From Oscillospiraceae bacterium (lineage in GTDB: Bacteria; Bacillota; Clostridia; Oscillospirales; UBA929), in contig JAIRUW010000003.1 in the NCBI GenBank assembly GCA_031254195.1, positions 9,248 through 73,247 of the forward strand: a stretch of 64,000 nt of DNA, given 5' to 3'. How positions within the stretch are numbered: the stretch's first letter is position 1; every line of letters starts with the position of its first letter. Positions 1 through 8,689 of the stretch are shown one piece after another. The translations under genes were made by a program, and so were the position numbers. Below the pieces are notes generated by a model. That model had not been told where the DNA came from and searched no databases. It saw nothing but the letters and a program-made list of their open reading frames with translations.

Positions 1-1
1 A

Positions 2-241
2 CGAGCCGGAATGAAGCCAAATGTTGCGAAACTTATTAGGATTGTTCGCAGCAATCCGTTTCAAAATCCGCCCTAATATGAAAAGCTGAAAGGCTATCAA
101 AGTACATATTCCCATCGTATCAATAAACAACATCGTTTAGTATACGAAGTCCTCCCCAATACCGAGGGGCTTATGGATGACGATGGGGAATTGTACCAGG
201 GCATTGTTAAAGTTATCCGCATGTGGACGCATTATGAGTAG
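2..241 (+). pseudogene. yoeB: YoeB/Txe-family type II toxin (mRNA interferase). The 5' end is cut by the window edge and the frame is interrupted by an in-frame TAA at 74-76.
   Basis: Frame-2 translation reads ..VAKLIRIVRSNPFQNPP*YEKLKGYQSTYSHRINKQHRLVYEV..VKVIRMWTHYE*. This fits the YoeB C-terminal pattern (NPF..G.PE.LK...S.RI..EHRLVY....CRYHY). The terminal TAG is at 239-241. It is absent from the ORF track because the internal stop splits it into pieces under 60 aa. Confidence 0.6.
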
Positions 242-266
242 GGCGCAAAGTTGAGGAGTTGGCAAA

Positions 267-1154
267 ATGGAAATAGTGAAAATTCTTGATATTGAAAACG
301 ATGGCTCAAACATGGCGTCAGATGGTAATTCCTTGTACCTGCGTTGTGGTAAAGCCATACATAAGTATAATTTGTCCGATATGAAAATGACGGCTCATAA
401 TGAAATTTTCAAGAAAAACGGTAAAGCACGGAGACTGGCAATCAGCAAAAATCATATTATTATTTCCGATTTTTGCGATTTATATGTATTAAATAAAGAC
501 AATTTACATGTTATTTTTATTATCCGGTTGGGTGAAAATCAATCGTCTGATATAACAGCGGTACATTGCGATGCGGAAAAGGAAAAGGCATATGTAAGTA
601 TCCGTAACGGCTTTATGGCTATAGTTGACATAACTACTCAAGTTTTTGAAAAAAGTAAATTCAACGATAAAAGCGCATGGGATTTTGCTGTTACCAGAGA
701 ACGCTTATATATTGGCACAGCAGGAGGTGAGCTGTTTGAAATGGATAAATTAGATATGCGTATCATTAAAACAACTCAATTATGTAAGCCGAATGTTAAT
801 GTTCACAGCGTATTGCCTATTTGTTCCGAACAATCATTTCCTTGTGATTATTTATTATATACAATGTCGCGGGATAAATTTATAAGGATTTTGAAAGCCG
901 GTGATTTTGAGAACGTCCAAATGGTTAAAACACCGGCAAGCACTTCCGCGCGTTTTCTTGGAGTATACAAAGATTATCTTATCATGGCGGATTGGTCTGA
1001 TATTTTACTTTGGGATAAAAACACGCTACAGCATTACAAAACATTCAAGTTTCCAACAGGTTATTACATCAACGGAGTATTACTTGTTGATAATACCTTA
1101 TATGGAAGCGATTTTCAAAGCGTTTATAGGCTTAATGTAGAAACGGTAATATAA
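267..1154 (+). CDS. Hypothetical cytoplasmic beta-propeller-like repeat protein (about seven ~40-aa blades)
   Basis: 295-aa ORF. SD GAGGAG lies 9 nt upstream of the ATG, which is only 25 nt after the yoeB stop. No signal peptide or TM segment. A ~40-aa periodicity of strand/turn segments recurs (..SLYLRCGKAIHKYN.., ..RLYIGTAGGELFEMD.., ..YLIMADWSDILLWD.., ..TLYGSDFQSVYRLN..). AT-rich codon usage differs from the rest of the window. The fold assignment is inference. Confidence 0.6.
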   Translation: MEIVKILDIENDGSNMASDGNSLYLRCGKAIHKYNLSDMKMTAHNEIFKKNGKARRLAISKNHIIISDFCDLYVLNKDNLHVIFIIRLGENQSSDITAVHCDAEKEKAYVSIRNGFMAIVDITTQVFEKSKFNDKSAWDFAVTRERLYIGTAGGELFEMDKLDMRIIKTTQLCKPNVNVHSVLPICSEQSFPCDYLLYTMSRDKFIRILKAGDFENVQMVKTPASTSARFLGVYKDYLIMADWSDILLWDKNTLQHYKTFKFPTGYYINGVLLVDNTLYGSDFQSVYRLNVETVI

Positions 1155-1249
1155 TGATGATTGTCGATAAGGATATAACGGAGATAACCGAAAGCAGTCG
1201 CATATAACGCAGAAAATTTATATTTTGTACATATTGAAGGGGAAGTATT

Positions 1250-1921
1250 GTGAAGACACATTACTACTTTGATTGGTTTTATGATGGGGGCTTTTCAGAG
1301 AAGTTGATAAAAATGTTGAATAAAGATATTACAAACAGAAAATCGCTTGTAATGATTAGTGCTGCACGCTTTGAAGATAAAACAGAGCAAATTTGCGTTG
1401 ACGACTTTTCAGAATTGGCATGGTTAAATCAGGCTGGTATTATTTTTGAAGAGTATCATTTAATTAATCACCTCACAGAGAAAGAAGAAGCTCAGCGGTT
1501 AGTTCAACACGCTTCTGTCATTTTCTTATGTGGCGGAAACTATTGGTATCAAAAACATCTATTGAACGAATATGAGTTATCAGGTTTAATTAAAAATAGT
1601 AGTGCTATTGTAATGGGGACAAGTGCAGGCGGAATGAATATGTCCGATAAATGGGTGGGGTTAAAACCTCTTGGCGATAATAAATATGAACGTGCTGTTT
1701 TTAATGGTATCGCTCTTAATCATTTCTCTTTCGAAGCTCATTTTGATATTGAAAACAAGGCGCTTGTTGAGGGACACTTTCCTTTATCAGAAATAATGGA
1801 TATTTATGTAGCGGCAAATCAAGATGGCGCTGTACGCGTTAATGATGACAAAATAGATATTATAGGCAATGTATACTTAATTTCCAAGTCAAAGATTTTG
1901 AAATTGGATGAAACATTGTAG
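1250..1921 (+). CDS. Peptidase S51 family protein (dipeptidase E / cyanophycinase-like serine hydrolase)
   Basis: 223-aa ORF with a GTG start preceded by GAAGGGGA. S51 hallmarks are present: ..ASVIFLCGGN.. and the nucleophile elbow ..AIVMGTSAGGMNM... AT-rich. Confidence 0.75.
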   Translation: MKTHYYFDWFYDGGFSEKLIKMLNKDITNRKSLVMISAARFEDKTEQICVDDFSELAWLNQAGIIFEEYHLINHLTEKEEAQRLVQHASVIFLCGGNYWYQKHLLNEYELSGLIKNSSAIVMGTSAGGMNMSDKWVGLKPLGDNKYERAVFNGIALNHFSFEAHFDIENKALVEGHFPLSEIMDIYVAANQDGAVRVNDDKIDIIGNVYLISKSKILKLDETL

Positions 1922-1978
1922 TACGTACCAAATAAGCATTATCTTCATCAGGTCATGGCTGTGGCAAGCGTCCTTTTC

Positions 1979-2002
1979 CAGGCCCCCCGGGTCTGTTTTT
2001 TA
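1979..2002 (+). terminator. Candidate rho-independent terminator after the S51 gene
   Basis: CAGGCCC-CCC-GGGTCTG forms a 7-bp stem (one G-U pair) with a 3-nt loop, followed by TTTTTTA. It lies at the AT-rich to GC-rich transition. Confidence 0.45.
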
Positions 2003-2061
2003 TTGCCTTTGTATTTTCCACCCCCACTCCGCAAATACTACCTCCATCTCAACCAAAGCAG

Positions 2062-4077
2062 GTGGTTACTATTTTAACTACAAAAACACCCAACCGGCTA
2101 ATCAACGAAACGTCCCCCTACCTCCTCCAGCACGCTCATAACCCTGTGGACTGGTATCCATGGGGCGACGAGGCGTTCGACAAGGCAAAGGCGGAGGATA
2201 AACCCGTTTTCCTCAGCATCGGATACTCCGCCTGCCACTGGTGCCATAACATGGAGAGGGAATCCTTCATGGACGCGGAGGTCGCCGAGCTGCTCAACAG
2301 CGGGTTTGTCTCCGTCAAGGTAGACCGCGAAGAGCGGCCCGACGTTGACCATGTGTATATGCTGGCTTGCATGGCGATGACCGGGAGCGGCGGCTGGCCG
2401 CTTTCGGTCTTCCTTACGCCCCATAAAAAGCCGTTTTTCGCCGGGACGTATTTTCCCAAGCACGACCGCGGCGGGCGCGCGGGGTTCCTCACGCTGCTTG
2501 CGGCCCTCTCGGAAAATTGGCGGCGGGGCCGCAGGAAGCTGGAAGCGTCGGCGGAACGCATCCTTGCCCATATCCGGGAAGACGGCGGTTCGGAAAGCGG
2601 GCGGAGGACGTCTTCCTCACGGCAGCCCAACCCGGACACCGGATCCGCGCCTGCGCTTGCCGCGAGCTCGCTGATGGCGCGCTACGATTCCCGCTGGGGC
2701 GGTTTTGGCCGCGCGCCCAAGTTTCCGTCTCCCCACACGCTGATGTTTTTGATGCGCAAAGCATATAAGGAGCCGATGAACAGCCCCGTTTGGAGCGCCG
2801 TGCGCCATACCCTTGCCGCGATGGCGGCGGGCGGGCTGCGCGACCATGTGGGCGGCGGCTTCAGCCGGTACTCTACCGACCGGATGTGGCTGGTGCCGCA
2901 TTTTGAAAAGATGCTCTACGACAACGCCCTGCTCACCATGGCGTATACCGAGTGCTATGAGAAGACCGGCGAGTTCGCGCCCATCGTCCGCGAAACCATT
3001 GCCTATGTCTTGCGTGAAATGGCGGCCCCCAGCGGGGGATTCTATACCGCTCAGGACGCCGACAGCGAGGGTGTGGAGGGCTTATACTATTGCTGGACGC
3101 CGGAACAGGTCAAGGCGGTGCTGGGCGGCCATGACAGCACGCGTTTCTGCCTGCTCTACGACGTCACCACGGGCGGCAACTTCGAGGGGATGAACATCCC
3201 CAACCTCATCCGTATGCCACTGGGCGGCGACGACATGGCCTTCGCCTCCATCGTCCTGCCCAAACTGCTGGAAGTGCGCTCCCTCCGTGTCCCGCCGCTG
3301 CGAGACGATAAGATTCTGCTCACCTCCAACGCGCTGATGGCCGCCGCGCTGGCCAAGGCGGGCCGCGCTTTGGAAGAACCGGCCTATACCCGCGGGGCGG
3401 AGCGGTGCGTGACCTTTTCGCTGGAAAATCTGCGCGACGGGCGCGGCCTGACCGCCGTACACGGCAGTACCATCCACGCCACGCTGGACGGCTACGCCTA
3501 TATGCTCTGGGCATTGCTAGAAACCTATCATAGTACGCTCAACTCGCGCTGGCTCGACGAGGCCCGGTCGCTGGGCGGGCTGATGGTTGAAACATTCTCA
3601 GGCGAAGGCGGTCTGCTTTATTACACCGCGTCCGATGCCGACGACCTGCCCATGCGCGGCGTCAACGCGCACGACGGCGCAACGCCTTCGGGCCAGTCCG
3701 TCGCGGCACACTGTATGCTGCGCCTCGCCCGGCTGACCGGCGATGTCTTCTGGGAGGAGTTCTATCAAAGCCTCATCCAAAGCCTTTCCGGTATGCTGGA
3801 AGCCGCCCCCGAAGCCCATACCTGGATGATGGCGGCCCTTCTGCACATCGAAAACGGCGGCATGGACGTCACCCTCACCCCCGGGGACGGGCTGACGGCG
3901 CTCCGCGCCGCCCTGCGCGGCTTCCAGCCGTTTATGACGGTACGGCTAGACGAAACCTCTCCCGTCAGGCCGGAAGCGACCGCCTATGTCTGCCGGGACA
4001 ACACCTGCCTTGCGCCTGTCTCCAATGCGGCGACGCTGGCCGGAATCGTCTCCGGGGATATGCCGCAGAAACGCTGA
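2062..4077 (+). CDS. Thioredoxin-domain protein, YyaL/DUF255 family (thioredoxin-like N-terminus plus an (alpha/alpha)6 epimerase-like body)
   Basis: 671-aa ORF. The N-terminus [47 protein letters not shown] is the DUF255 signature. GTG start with no clear SD, so the 5' end is uncertain. Confidence 0.85.
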   Translation: MVTILTTKTPNRLINETSPYLLQHAHNPVDWYPWGDEAFDKAKAEDKPVFLSIGYSACHWCHNMERESFMDAEVAELLNSGFVSVKVDREERPDVDHVYMLACMAMTGSGGWPLSVFLTPHKKPFFAGTYFPKHDRGGRAGFLTLLAALSENWRRGRRKLEASAERILAHIREDGGSESGRRTSSSRQPNPDTGSAPALAASSLMARYDSRWGGFGRAPKFPSPHTLMFLMRKAYKEPMNSPVWSAVRHTLAAMAAGGLRDHVGGGFSRYSTDRMWLVPHFEKMLYDNALLTMAYTECYEKTGEFAPIVRETIAYVLREMAAPSGGFYTAQDADSEGVEGLYYCWTPEQVKAVLGGHDSTRFCLLYDVTTGGNFEGMNIPNLIRMPLGGDDMAFASIVLPKLLEVRSLRVPPLRDDKILLTSNALMAAALAKAGRALEEPAYTRGAERCVTFSLENLRDGRGLTAVHGSTIHATLDGYAYMLWALLETYHSTLNSRWLDEARSLGGLMVETFSGEGGLLYYTASDADDLPMRGVNAHDGATPSGQSVAAHCMLRLARLTGDVFWEEFYQSLIQSLSGMLEAAPEAHTWMMAALLHIENGGMDVTLTPGDGLTALRAALRGFQPFMTVRLDETSPVRPEATAYVCRDNTCLAPVSNAATLAGIVSGDMPQKR

Positions 4078-4089
4078 AGGATGTAAGAA

Positions 4090-4120
4090 GCGCCGTAAAA
4101 TACCCTAACGGCGTTTTTTG
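4090..4120 (+). terminator. Candidate terminator of the yyaL-like gene, overlapping the 3' end of convergent ygiQ
   Basis: GCGCCGT..(11-nt loop)..ACGGCG followed by TTTTTTGGG. The stem is short and the loop long, so confidence is moderate. Confidence 0.4.
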
Positions 4121-5838
4121 GGCAAGGATTTCCGTGTTCCGGCTGAGGGGCCTTTCTTTCCCGAAAGCAAAACCGGGATCAAATCCGTCCGGCCCGCCTT
4201 TTGCAGGCCTTCCAGCACCAGCTTGCGGTTCTGCGGCAGGAACCATTGCAGCAATGCCCTCTGCATTGCCTTTTCGTGCGGCGTCTTGGCGACATATACC
4301 GGCTTCATCGTCCGCGGGTCGAGGCCGGTATGGTACATACAGGTCGATATGGTGCCCGGCGTGGGGTAAAAGTCCTGCACCTGCTCAGGCCGCCGCCCCA
4401 TGCGTTTCAGCGTTAGAGCCAGTTCCGCGGCGTCCTCCGGGCGCGAGCCGGGGTGCGACGAGATGAGGTACGGCACCAAAAACTGTTTTTTGCCTGCTTC
4501 GGCATTGAGCGTTTCATACCGCTTGGCAAAGGCGCGGTAAGCCGCGAAGCGCGGTTTCCCCATCAAATCAAGAACATGGTCGCGGCAGTGCTCCGGCGCG
4601 ACCTTGAGCTGCCCGCTGATATGGTGCTCGACCAGCTCCTCCATGCACCGCCCCGATTTATCCAGCATGAGGAAATCATACCGTATCCCCGAGCGCACAA
4701 AAACCTTCTTCACCCCCGGCAAAGCCCGCAGTTTGCGCAGCAATGACAGGTAATCGTCGTGCGACGCGTCAAGGCTGGGGCAGGCTTTGGGCGTCAGGCA
4801 TTGGCGGTCGGCGCACGTCCCCGCCTTCATCTGTTTTGCGCAGGCCGGGCGGCGGAAATTGGCCGTCGGCCCGCCTACGTCGTGGATATACCCCTTGAAG
4901 CCCGGCAGTTTTGTCAAAAACTCCGCCTCGCGCAGCAGCGACGTGTGACTGCGCGACGTGACGATCCGCCCCTGATGAAACGCCAGCGAGCAAAAGTTAC
5001 AGGCCCCGAAACAGCCCCGGTTGTGAATGAGCGAAAACTGCACCTCTTCCGTATCCTTGCCCGCCGGCATACGGGTATAGGGCAGCTCCGCGACAAAGTC
5101 CAGCTCCGCCGCTGAAAGCGGCATGGCGGGCGGCGCGCATACGAGAAAACGCTTGCCGTGCGGCTGGCACAGCGCCCGGCCCCGTACCGGGTCGTGCTCC
5201 CTGTGCTCCAGCATGGTGGCTTTGGCATAGGCGCGCTTGTCTTTGGCAACCTGTTCAAACGAAGGCAGTTTCACCGCGTCCGCGGGCGCCGTGTCTGTCA
5301 TCACACATATACCACGGGTGTAAAGTGGTTCGCCTTTATCCATCTGACGCGCCAAGTCCCGTATGGCGTGTTCGCCCATCCCGTAGACCAAGATGTCGGC
5401 GCCCGCGTCCACGAGGACGGAGCGCCGCACCGCGTCGTCCCAGTAGTCATAGTGGGCAAAGCGCCGCAATGACGCCTCCAGCCCGCCCAATATAACGGGC
5501 AAGTTTGGAAAGGCGGCTTTCAGCAGGCCGGTATAGACAATCACGGCGCGGTCGGGGCGGCGGCCCTCCCCGCTCCGGCGCTTCTTCGCGGCGGTATAAT
5601 TCGCCACCATAGAATCTAAGTTGCCCGACGTCACCAAACCGGCCAGTCTTGGGCGGGGTATGCCGTCAAACGCCGACAAATCCTTCCACTCCGGCTGTGC
5701 TATATAGGCCACGGTAAACCCTTCCGCTTCCAGCACACGGGCGATCACCGCCGCGCCAAAGCTCGGGTGGTCTACCCATTCGCCGCCCGTAACGAGCAGG
5801 AAATCGGCGGGGCGGTGGGGGGCGGCTTGAAAAATCAT
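4105..5838 (-). CDS. ygiQ: YgiQ family (UPF0313) radical SAM protein
   Basis: 577-aa ORF. N-terminal ..FLLVTGGEWVDHPSFGAAVIARVLEAEGF.. and the radical-SAM triad in ..NRGCFGACNFCSLAFHQGR... Confidence 0.9.
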   Translation of the reverse strand: MIFQAAPHRPADFLLVTGGEWVDHPSFGAAVIARVLEAEGFTVAYIAQPEWKDLSAFDGIPRPRLAGLVTSGNLDSMVANYTAAKKRRSGEGRRPDRAVIVYTGLLKAAFPNLPVILGGLEASLRRFAHYDYWDDAVRRSVLVDAGADILVYGMGEHAIRDLARQMDKGEPLYTRGICVMTDTAPADAVKLPSFEQVAKDKRAYAKATMLEHREHDPVRGRALCQPHGKRFLVCAPPAMPLSAAELDFVAELPYTRMPAGKDTEEVQFSLIHNRGCFGACNFCSLAFHQGRIVTSRSHTSLLREAEFLTKLPGFKGYIHDVGGPTANFRRPACAKQMKAGTCADRQCLTPKACPSLDASHDDYLSLLRKLRALPGVKKVFVRSGIRYDFLMLDKSGRCMEELVEHHISGQLKVAPEHCRDHVLDLMGKPRFAAYRAFAKRYETLNAEAGKKQFLVPYLISSHPGSRPEDAAELALTLKRMGRRPEQVQDFYPTPGTISTCMYHTGLDPRTMKPVYVAKTPHEKAMQRALLQWFLPQNRKLVLEGLQKAGRTDLIPVLLSGKKGPSAGTRKSLPKKRR

Positions 5839-5883
5839 GGTAAAACTTCCCTACTATTCTTGACGTTTTGTGCTGGATATGCT

Positions 5884-7482
5884 ATGATAACCGCGGTGAT
5901 AGATATTACAATTTTACTCTTTGGACAATTCGGCGGGGAACGGGCGCAGGTCGCGCGTTTCTTTGGGCGCGCCGAACTTTTAGACTACGAAGCCCCGCTC
6001 GGCCTGTTTGTCACATCCAGCTTCCGGTCGCTTGCGGCGGACGCCGACGTTGCCATCCACGGCGGCGAGCCTAGATACAAGCCATTCCTCACCGCCGCCA
6101 AGAAAGCCGGGTGCAAACTGGCGCTTTGGGGTTGCGAGGCCGCGTGGGTCAAGCGGTGCCATGCGGTTCTGCCGCTGTTTGACTTGATCTTTGCCCGGGA
6201 CAAAGAGGCGTATGCCGCGCTGCGCGAGGCCGGGATTGCCGATGTGGTACTGCCCAAGGCCGATGCGCCTGAAGCGCCGGTTGAAGCTCCGCCGCCCGCA
6301 CCCGAACCCGTCCCGGAACCTGAGTTTGAGGACGCCCCGTCTCCGTTGCCGGAACTGGAGCCGGACGACGCCCCGCCGTCTGCCGAGGAATCCGAACCGT
6401 TGATAGACCTTAGCAATTTGCCGGCGCTTGAGCCGCTTTCAGAGGATTTTGACCTGCCGCCGGACAGCGGGTACGACGCTTCGCAGGTGATACAGTTCTC
6501 GCCGCGCGTCCATGCCTACGGCGTCATCAACCGCAATGAGAACATCCGCGCCGCCAGCGCCGCGGGCGGCGTATTTACCCTGCTGTGCGAGGAGTGCATC
6601 GGGCGGGGCGGCGTCGTGTTCGGCGCTAGGTACAACGAAGCGTTTGAAACCGTGCATGTCAAGGCGGATCGGCTGCCCGAATGTGTGCCGATGCGCGGCG
6701 TTAAATACGCGATCAGCGAGACGGAGGGCATCTATGACCAAGCCGTCTCCTGCCTGCGCCAGCAGAAACCGGTGCTGTTCACCGGCACCGCCTGTCAGAT
6801 CAAGCGCCTGTACGCCTGTCTTGGCGGGAAAGACCACCCTTTACTGCTGACTGCCGACATGGTTTGCGGAGGCGCGGCCGACCCAGCGGTATTCGCGGCG
6901 TACCTGAAATACGTCGAGGAAAAGAACGGCGCGCCGGCCACCGCGATCGACATGTCCGGCAAGCCGATGGGCTTGGTCCACGCGAAAGCGCGTATCGGTT
7001 CGGAAAACAAGACCTACGAGGTTTCGGTCAACAGCGACCCGTTCCTGCGGGCGTACCGCGCGGGCCTGTGCCTAAAGCCGGAATGCTACAATTGCCCCCA
7101 CCGGGAGGAGAAGCGCGGCAGTGACCTTACGCTGGGCAGCTTCCCCGGCGGGCGCAGGCATATCCCGGAGTTATACGACGACAAAGGCGCGTCGCTGGTG
7201 CTGGCGCATACGCAAAAGGGGCGCGACATGATGGACGCGCTGGCCAAACGCTCCATCGTAAGAGAGGTGCCGCCCGACGCGCTGACCGACTACAACGCGG
7301 CGCTGGTTACGGTACCTGCCAAACATAAACATCGCGACCGCTTTTATGGCGATATGGCCAACATGCGGTTTGACAAGGCTGTCGCGCGCAGTATCGGCCC
7401 GGCGGTTTGGGGTATATTGACGGCCGAAAGGAGTATACTCCCTTCATGGGCAAAAATCAAGCGGATCATAGCAAAACGGTAA
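5884..7482 (+). CDS. Fusion protein: degenerate polysaccharide pyruvyl-transferase-like segment, acidic Pro/Glu linker, then an FrhB/FdhB-type (F420 hydrogenase beta C-terminal-like) domain
   Basis: The ORF track starts at 5767, but that stretch overlaps ygiQ on the opposite strand, so I use the first ATG clear of it (5884, MITAVIDI..). The C-terminal two-thirds (..YGVINRNENIRAASAAGGVFTLL..VLFTGTACQIKRL..ADMVCGGAADPAVF..CYNCPH..) resemble FrhB_FdhB_C proteins. The N-terminus (..AIHGGEP..KLALWGCEA..LIFARDKEAYAALREAGI..) resembles the middle of PS pyruvyl transferases. The start is uncertain. Confidence 0.6.
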   Translation: MITAVIDITILLFGQFGGERAQVARFFGRAELLDYEAPLGLFVTSSFRSLAADADVAIHGGEPRYKPFLTAAKKAGCKLALWGCEAAWVKRCHAVLPLFDLIFARDKEAYAALREAGIADVVLPKADAPEAPVEAPPPAPEPVPEPEFEDAPSPLPELEPDDAPPSAEESEPLIDLSNLPALEPLSEDFDLPPDSGYDASQVIQFSPRVHAYGVINRNENIRAASAAGGVFTLLCEECIGRGGVVFGARYNEAFETVHVKADRLPECVPMRGVKYAISETEGIYDQAVSCLRQQKPVLFTGTACQIKRLYACLGGKDHPLLLTADMVCGGAADPAVFAAYLKYVEEKNGAPATAIDMSGKPMGLVHAKARIGSENKTYEVSVNSDPFLRAYRAGLCLKPECYNCPHREEKRGSDLTLGSFPGGRRHIPELYDDKGASLVLAHTQKGRDMMDALAKRSIVREVPPDALTDYNAALVTVPAKHKHRDRFYGDMANMRFDKAVARSIGPAVWGILTAERSILPSWAKIKRIIAKR

Positions 7483-8219
7483 AAAGCGCCTGTGCCGGGG
7501 CAGGCGCGGGTTTACTGTGCGGATTGCTTGGGGCGGGCGGCGGTACGCTGCTCGTCCCTTTGCTGCGCGATTGGATTGGTTTGGACGCGAAAAAGGCTAT
7601 GGCTACGTCGGTTTTCTGCATCGCGCCGCTTTGCGCCGTCAGCGCCGCGGTATACGCGCTTGGCGGGCATACCCCATGGGACGCCGCGTGGCCGTATATG
7701 CTGGGCGGTTTGATCGGCGGGCTGGTTGCGGGCTTCCTCTTTCAAAAAGCCGCGCCTGTCTGGCTGCGCCGCGGGTTCGGGGTATTATTGCTTCTCAGCG
7801 CCGCGCGTTCGTTTATCAACTGGCAGACGGATATTGTCTTAGACAGCGCCTTCCCTTCGGCGGCGGCGGGGGCCGGTACCGGGGTGCTAAGCGGTTTCGG
7901 CCTGGGCGGCGGCACGCTGCTTTTGATATGGATGACAGCATTCGGCGGTCTGGAGCAGCACGCGGCGCAAGCCTGTAATCTCCTCTATTTTCCGCCGTGC
8001 GCCTTAGGGTCGATGGCAGGACACATCAAGAATAAACAGATTGCGTGGCGCGAAGGGCTTTCTGCCTTATGCGCCGGGTTTATAGCGGCGCTGCTCGGAG
8101 CTTTTTGTGCCACACGCTTAGACGCCATGCCGTTACGGACCGGCTTTGCCGTCCTCACGGCCGTCATCGGTTTTCGCGAGGTTTTTTTCCGCCAGAAGAA
8201 ACCCCTCGAGGATGAGTGA
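7446..8219 (+). CDS. Sulfite exporter TauE/SafE family membrane transporter
   Basis: Multi-TM ORF with ..GLLGAGGGTLLVPLL.. and a second ..GFGLGGGTLLLIW.. repeat. The ATG at 7446 has AAAGGAG 11-12 nt upstream. The ORF-track start at 7407 lies inside the previous gene. Confidence 0.8.
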   Translation: MGKNQADHSKTVKSACAGAGAGLLCGLLGAGGGTLLVPLLRDWIGLDAKKAMATSVFCIAPLCAVSAAVYALGGHTPWDAAWPYMLGGLIGGLVAGFLFQKAAPVWLRRGFGVLLLLSAARSFINWQTDIVLDSAFPSAAAGAGTGVLSGFGLGGGTLLLIWMTAFGGLEQHAAQACNLLYFPPCALGSMAGHIKNKQIAWREGLSALCAGFIAALLGAFCATRLDAMPLRTGFAVLTAVIGFREVFFRQKKPLEDE

Positions 8220-8588
8220 CGCGGCGACCGCGTCTACCTTTTGCCTGCGCTTAGCGCCCAGGTTGCCCGTCCCGATCAGGATGCGTTCCGCCTCCGCGGT
8301 GGTGCGGCGCTCATCCCACAGCACGACGCGCAGGCCGCGCTTTTCCAGCATGGCTTTGAGCTTTCCCGTCTTTTCAGCGCGGGGGCCCGCCGTGCCGTTC
8401 ATGTTCAGCGGGTTGCCCAAAACCAGCGTGTCCGCGCCGCGGTTTCTATATTCCGTCTCAAGCCTGTTGGCGAGCCTGCCCGCGTCCGGCTCTTCAATGG
8501 TAAAGCACTCGCCGACAAGCGCGCGCAGGCTGTCGCTGACCGCGACGCCCGTCCGCCTGTCCCCGTAATCCGCCGCCATAACGCGCAT
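8133..8588 (-). CDS. ruvX: Holliday junction resolvase-like nuclease RuvX (YqgF)
   Basis: MRVMAADYGDRRTGVAVSD...LVLGNPLNMNGTAGPRAE...WDERRTTAEAERIL is the YqgF/RuvX pattern. The 3' tail overlaps the convergent TauE gene by 87 nt. Confidence 0.9.
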   Translation of the reverse strand: MRVMAADYGDRRTGVAVSDSLRALVGECFTIEEPDAGRLANRLETEYRNRGADTLVLGNPLNMNGTAGPRAEKTGKLKAMLEKRGLRVVLWDERRTTAEAERILIGTGNLGAKRRQKVDAVAASLILEGFLLAEKNLAKTDDGREDGKAGP

Positions 8589-8625
8589 AACGCCGCCCCC
8601 TTTTCGTATACTCTAACCCGTGTGA

Positions 8626-8654
8626 TTGACAAATGTCAAGGATTTTGATACAAT
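8626..8654 (+). promoter_or_regulatory. Sigma-A-type promoter of the class A PBP gene
   Basis: TTGACA (8626-8631), 17-nt spacer, TACAAT (8649-8654), 36 nt before the ATG. The -35 is part of the palindrome TTGACAAATGTCAA. Confidence 0.5.
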
Positions 8655-8689
8655 AGGCCTGTTGAATTTGAGAGAGGTGTATACCGTCC

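Noticed and set aside
1908-2141. 77-aa ORF spanning the AT-rich to GC-rich junction, and the alternative-frame ORFs 901-1140 and 137-358 within the islet.
   Set aside because: They have no translation signals and either overlap better-supported genes or cross the terminator hairpin. Their sequences are low-complexity.
5767-5883. ORF-track start of the 571-aa ORF at 5767.
   Set aside because: This extension overlaps the 5' coding end of ygiQ on the opposite strand and translates to Gly/Ala-rich filler. The first ATG clear of ygiQ (5884) is preferred, although it lacks a strong SD.
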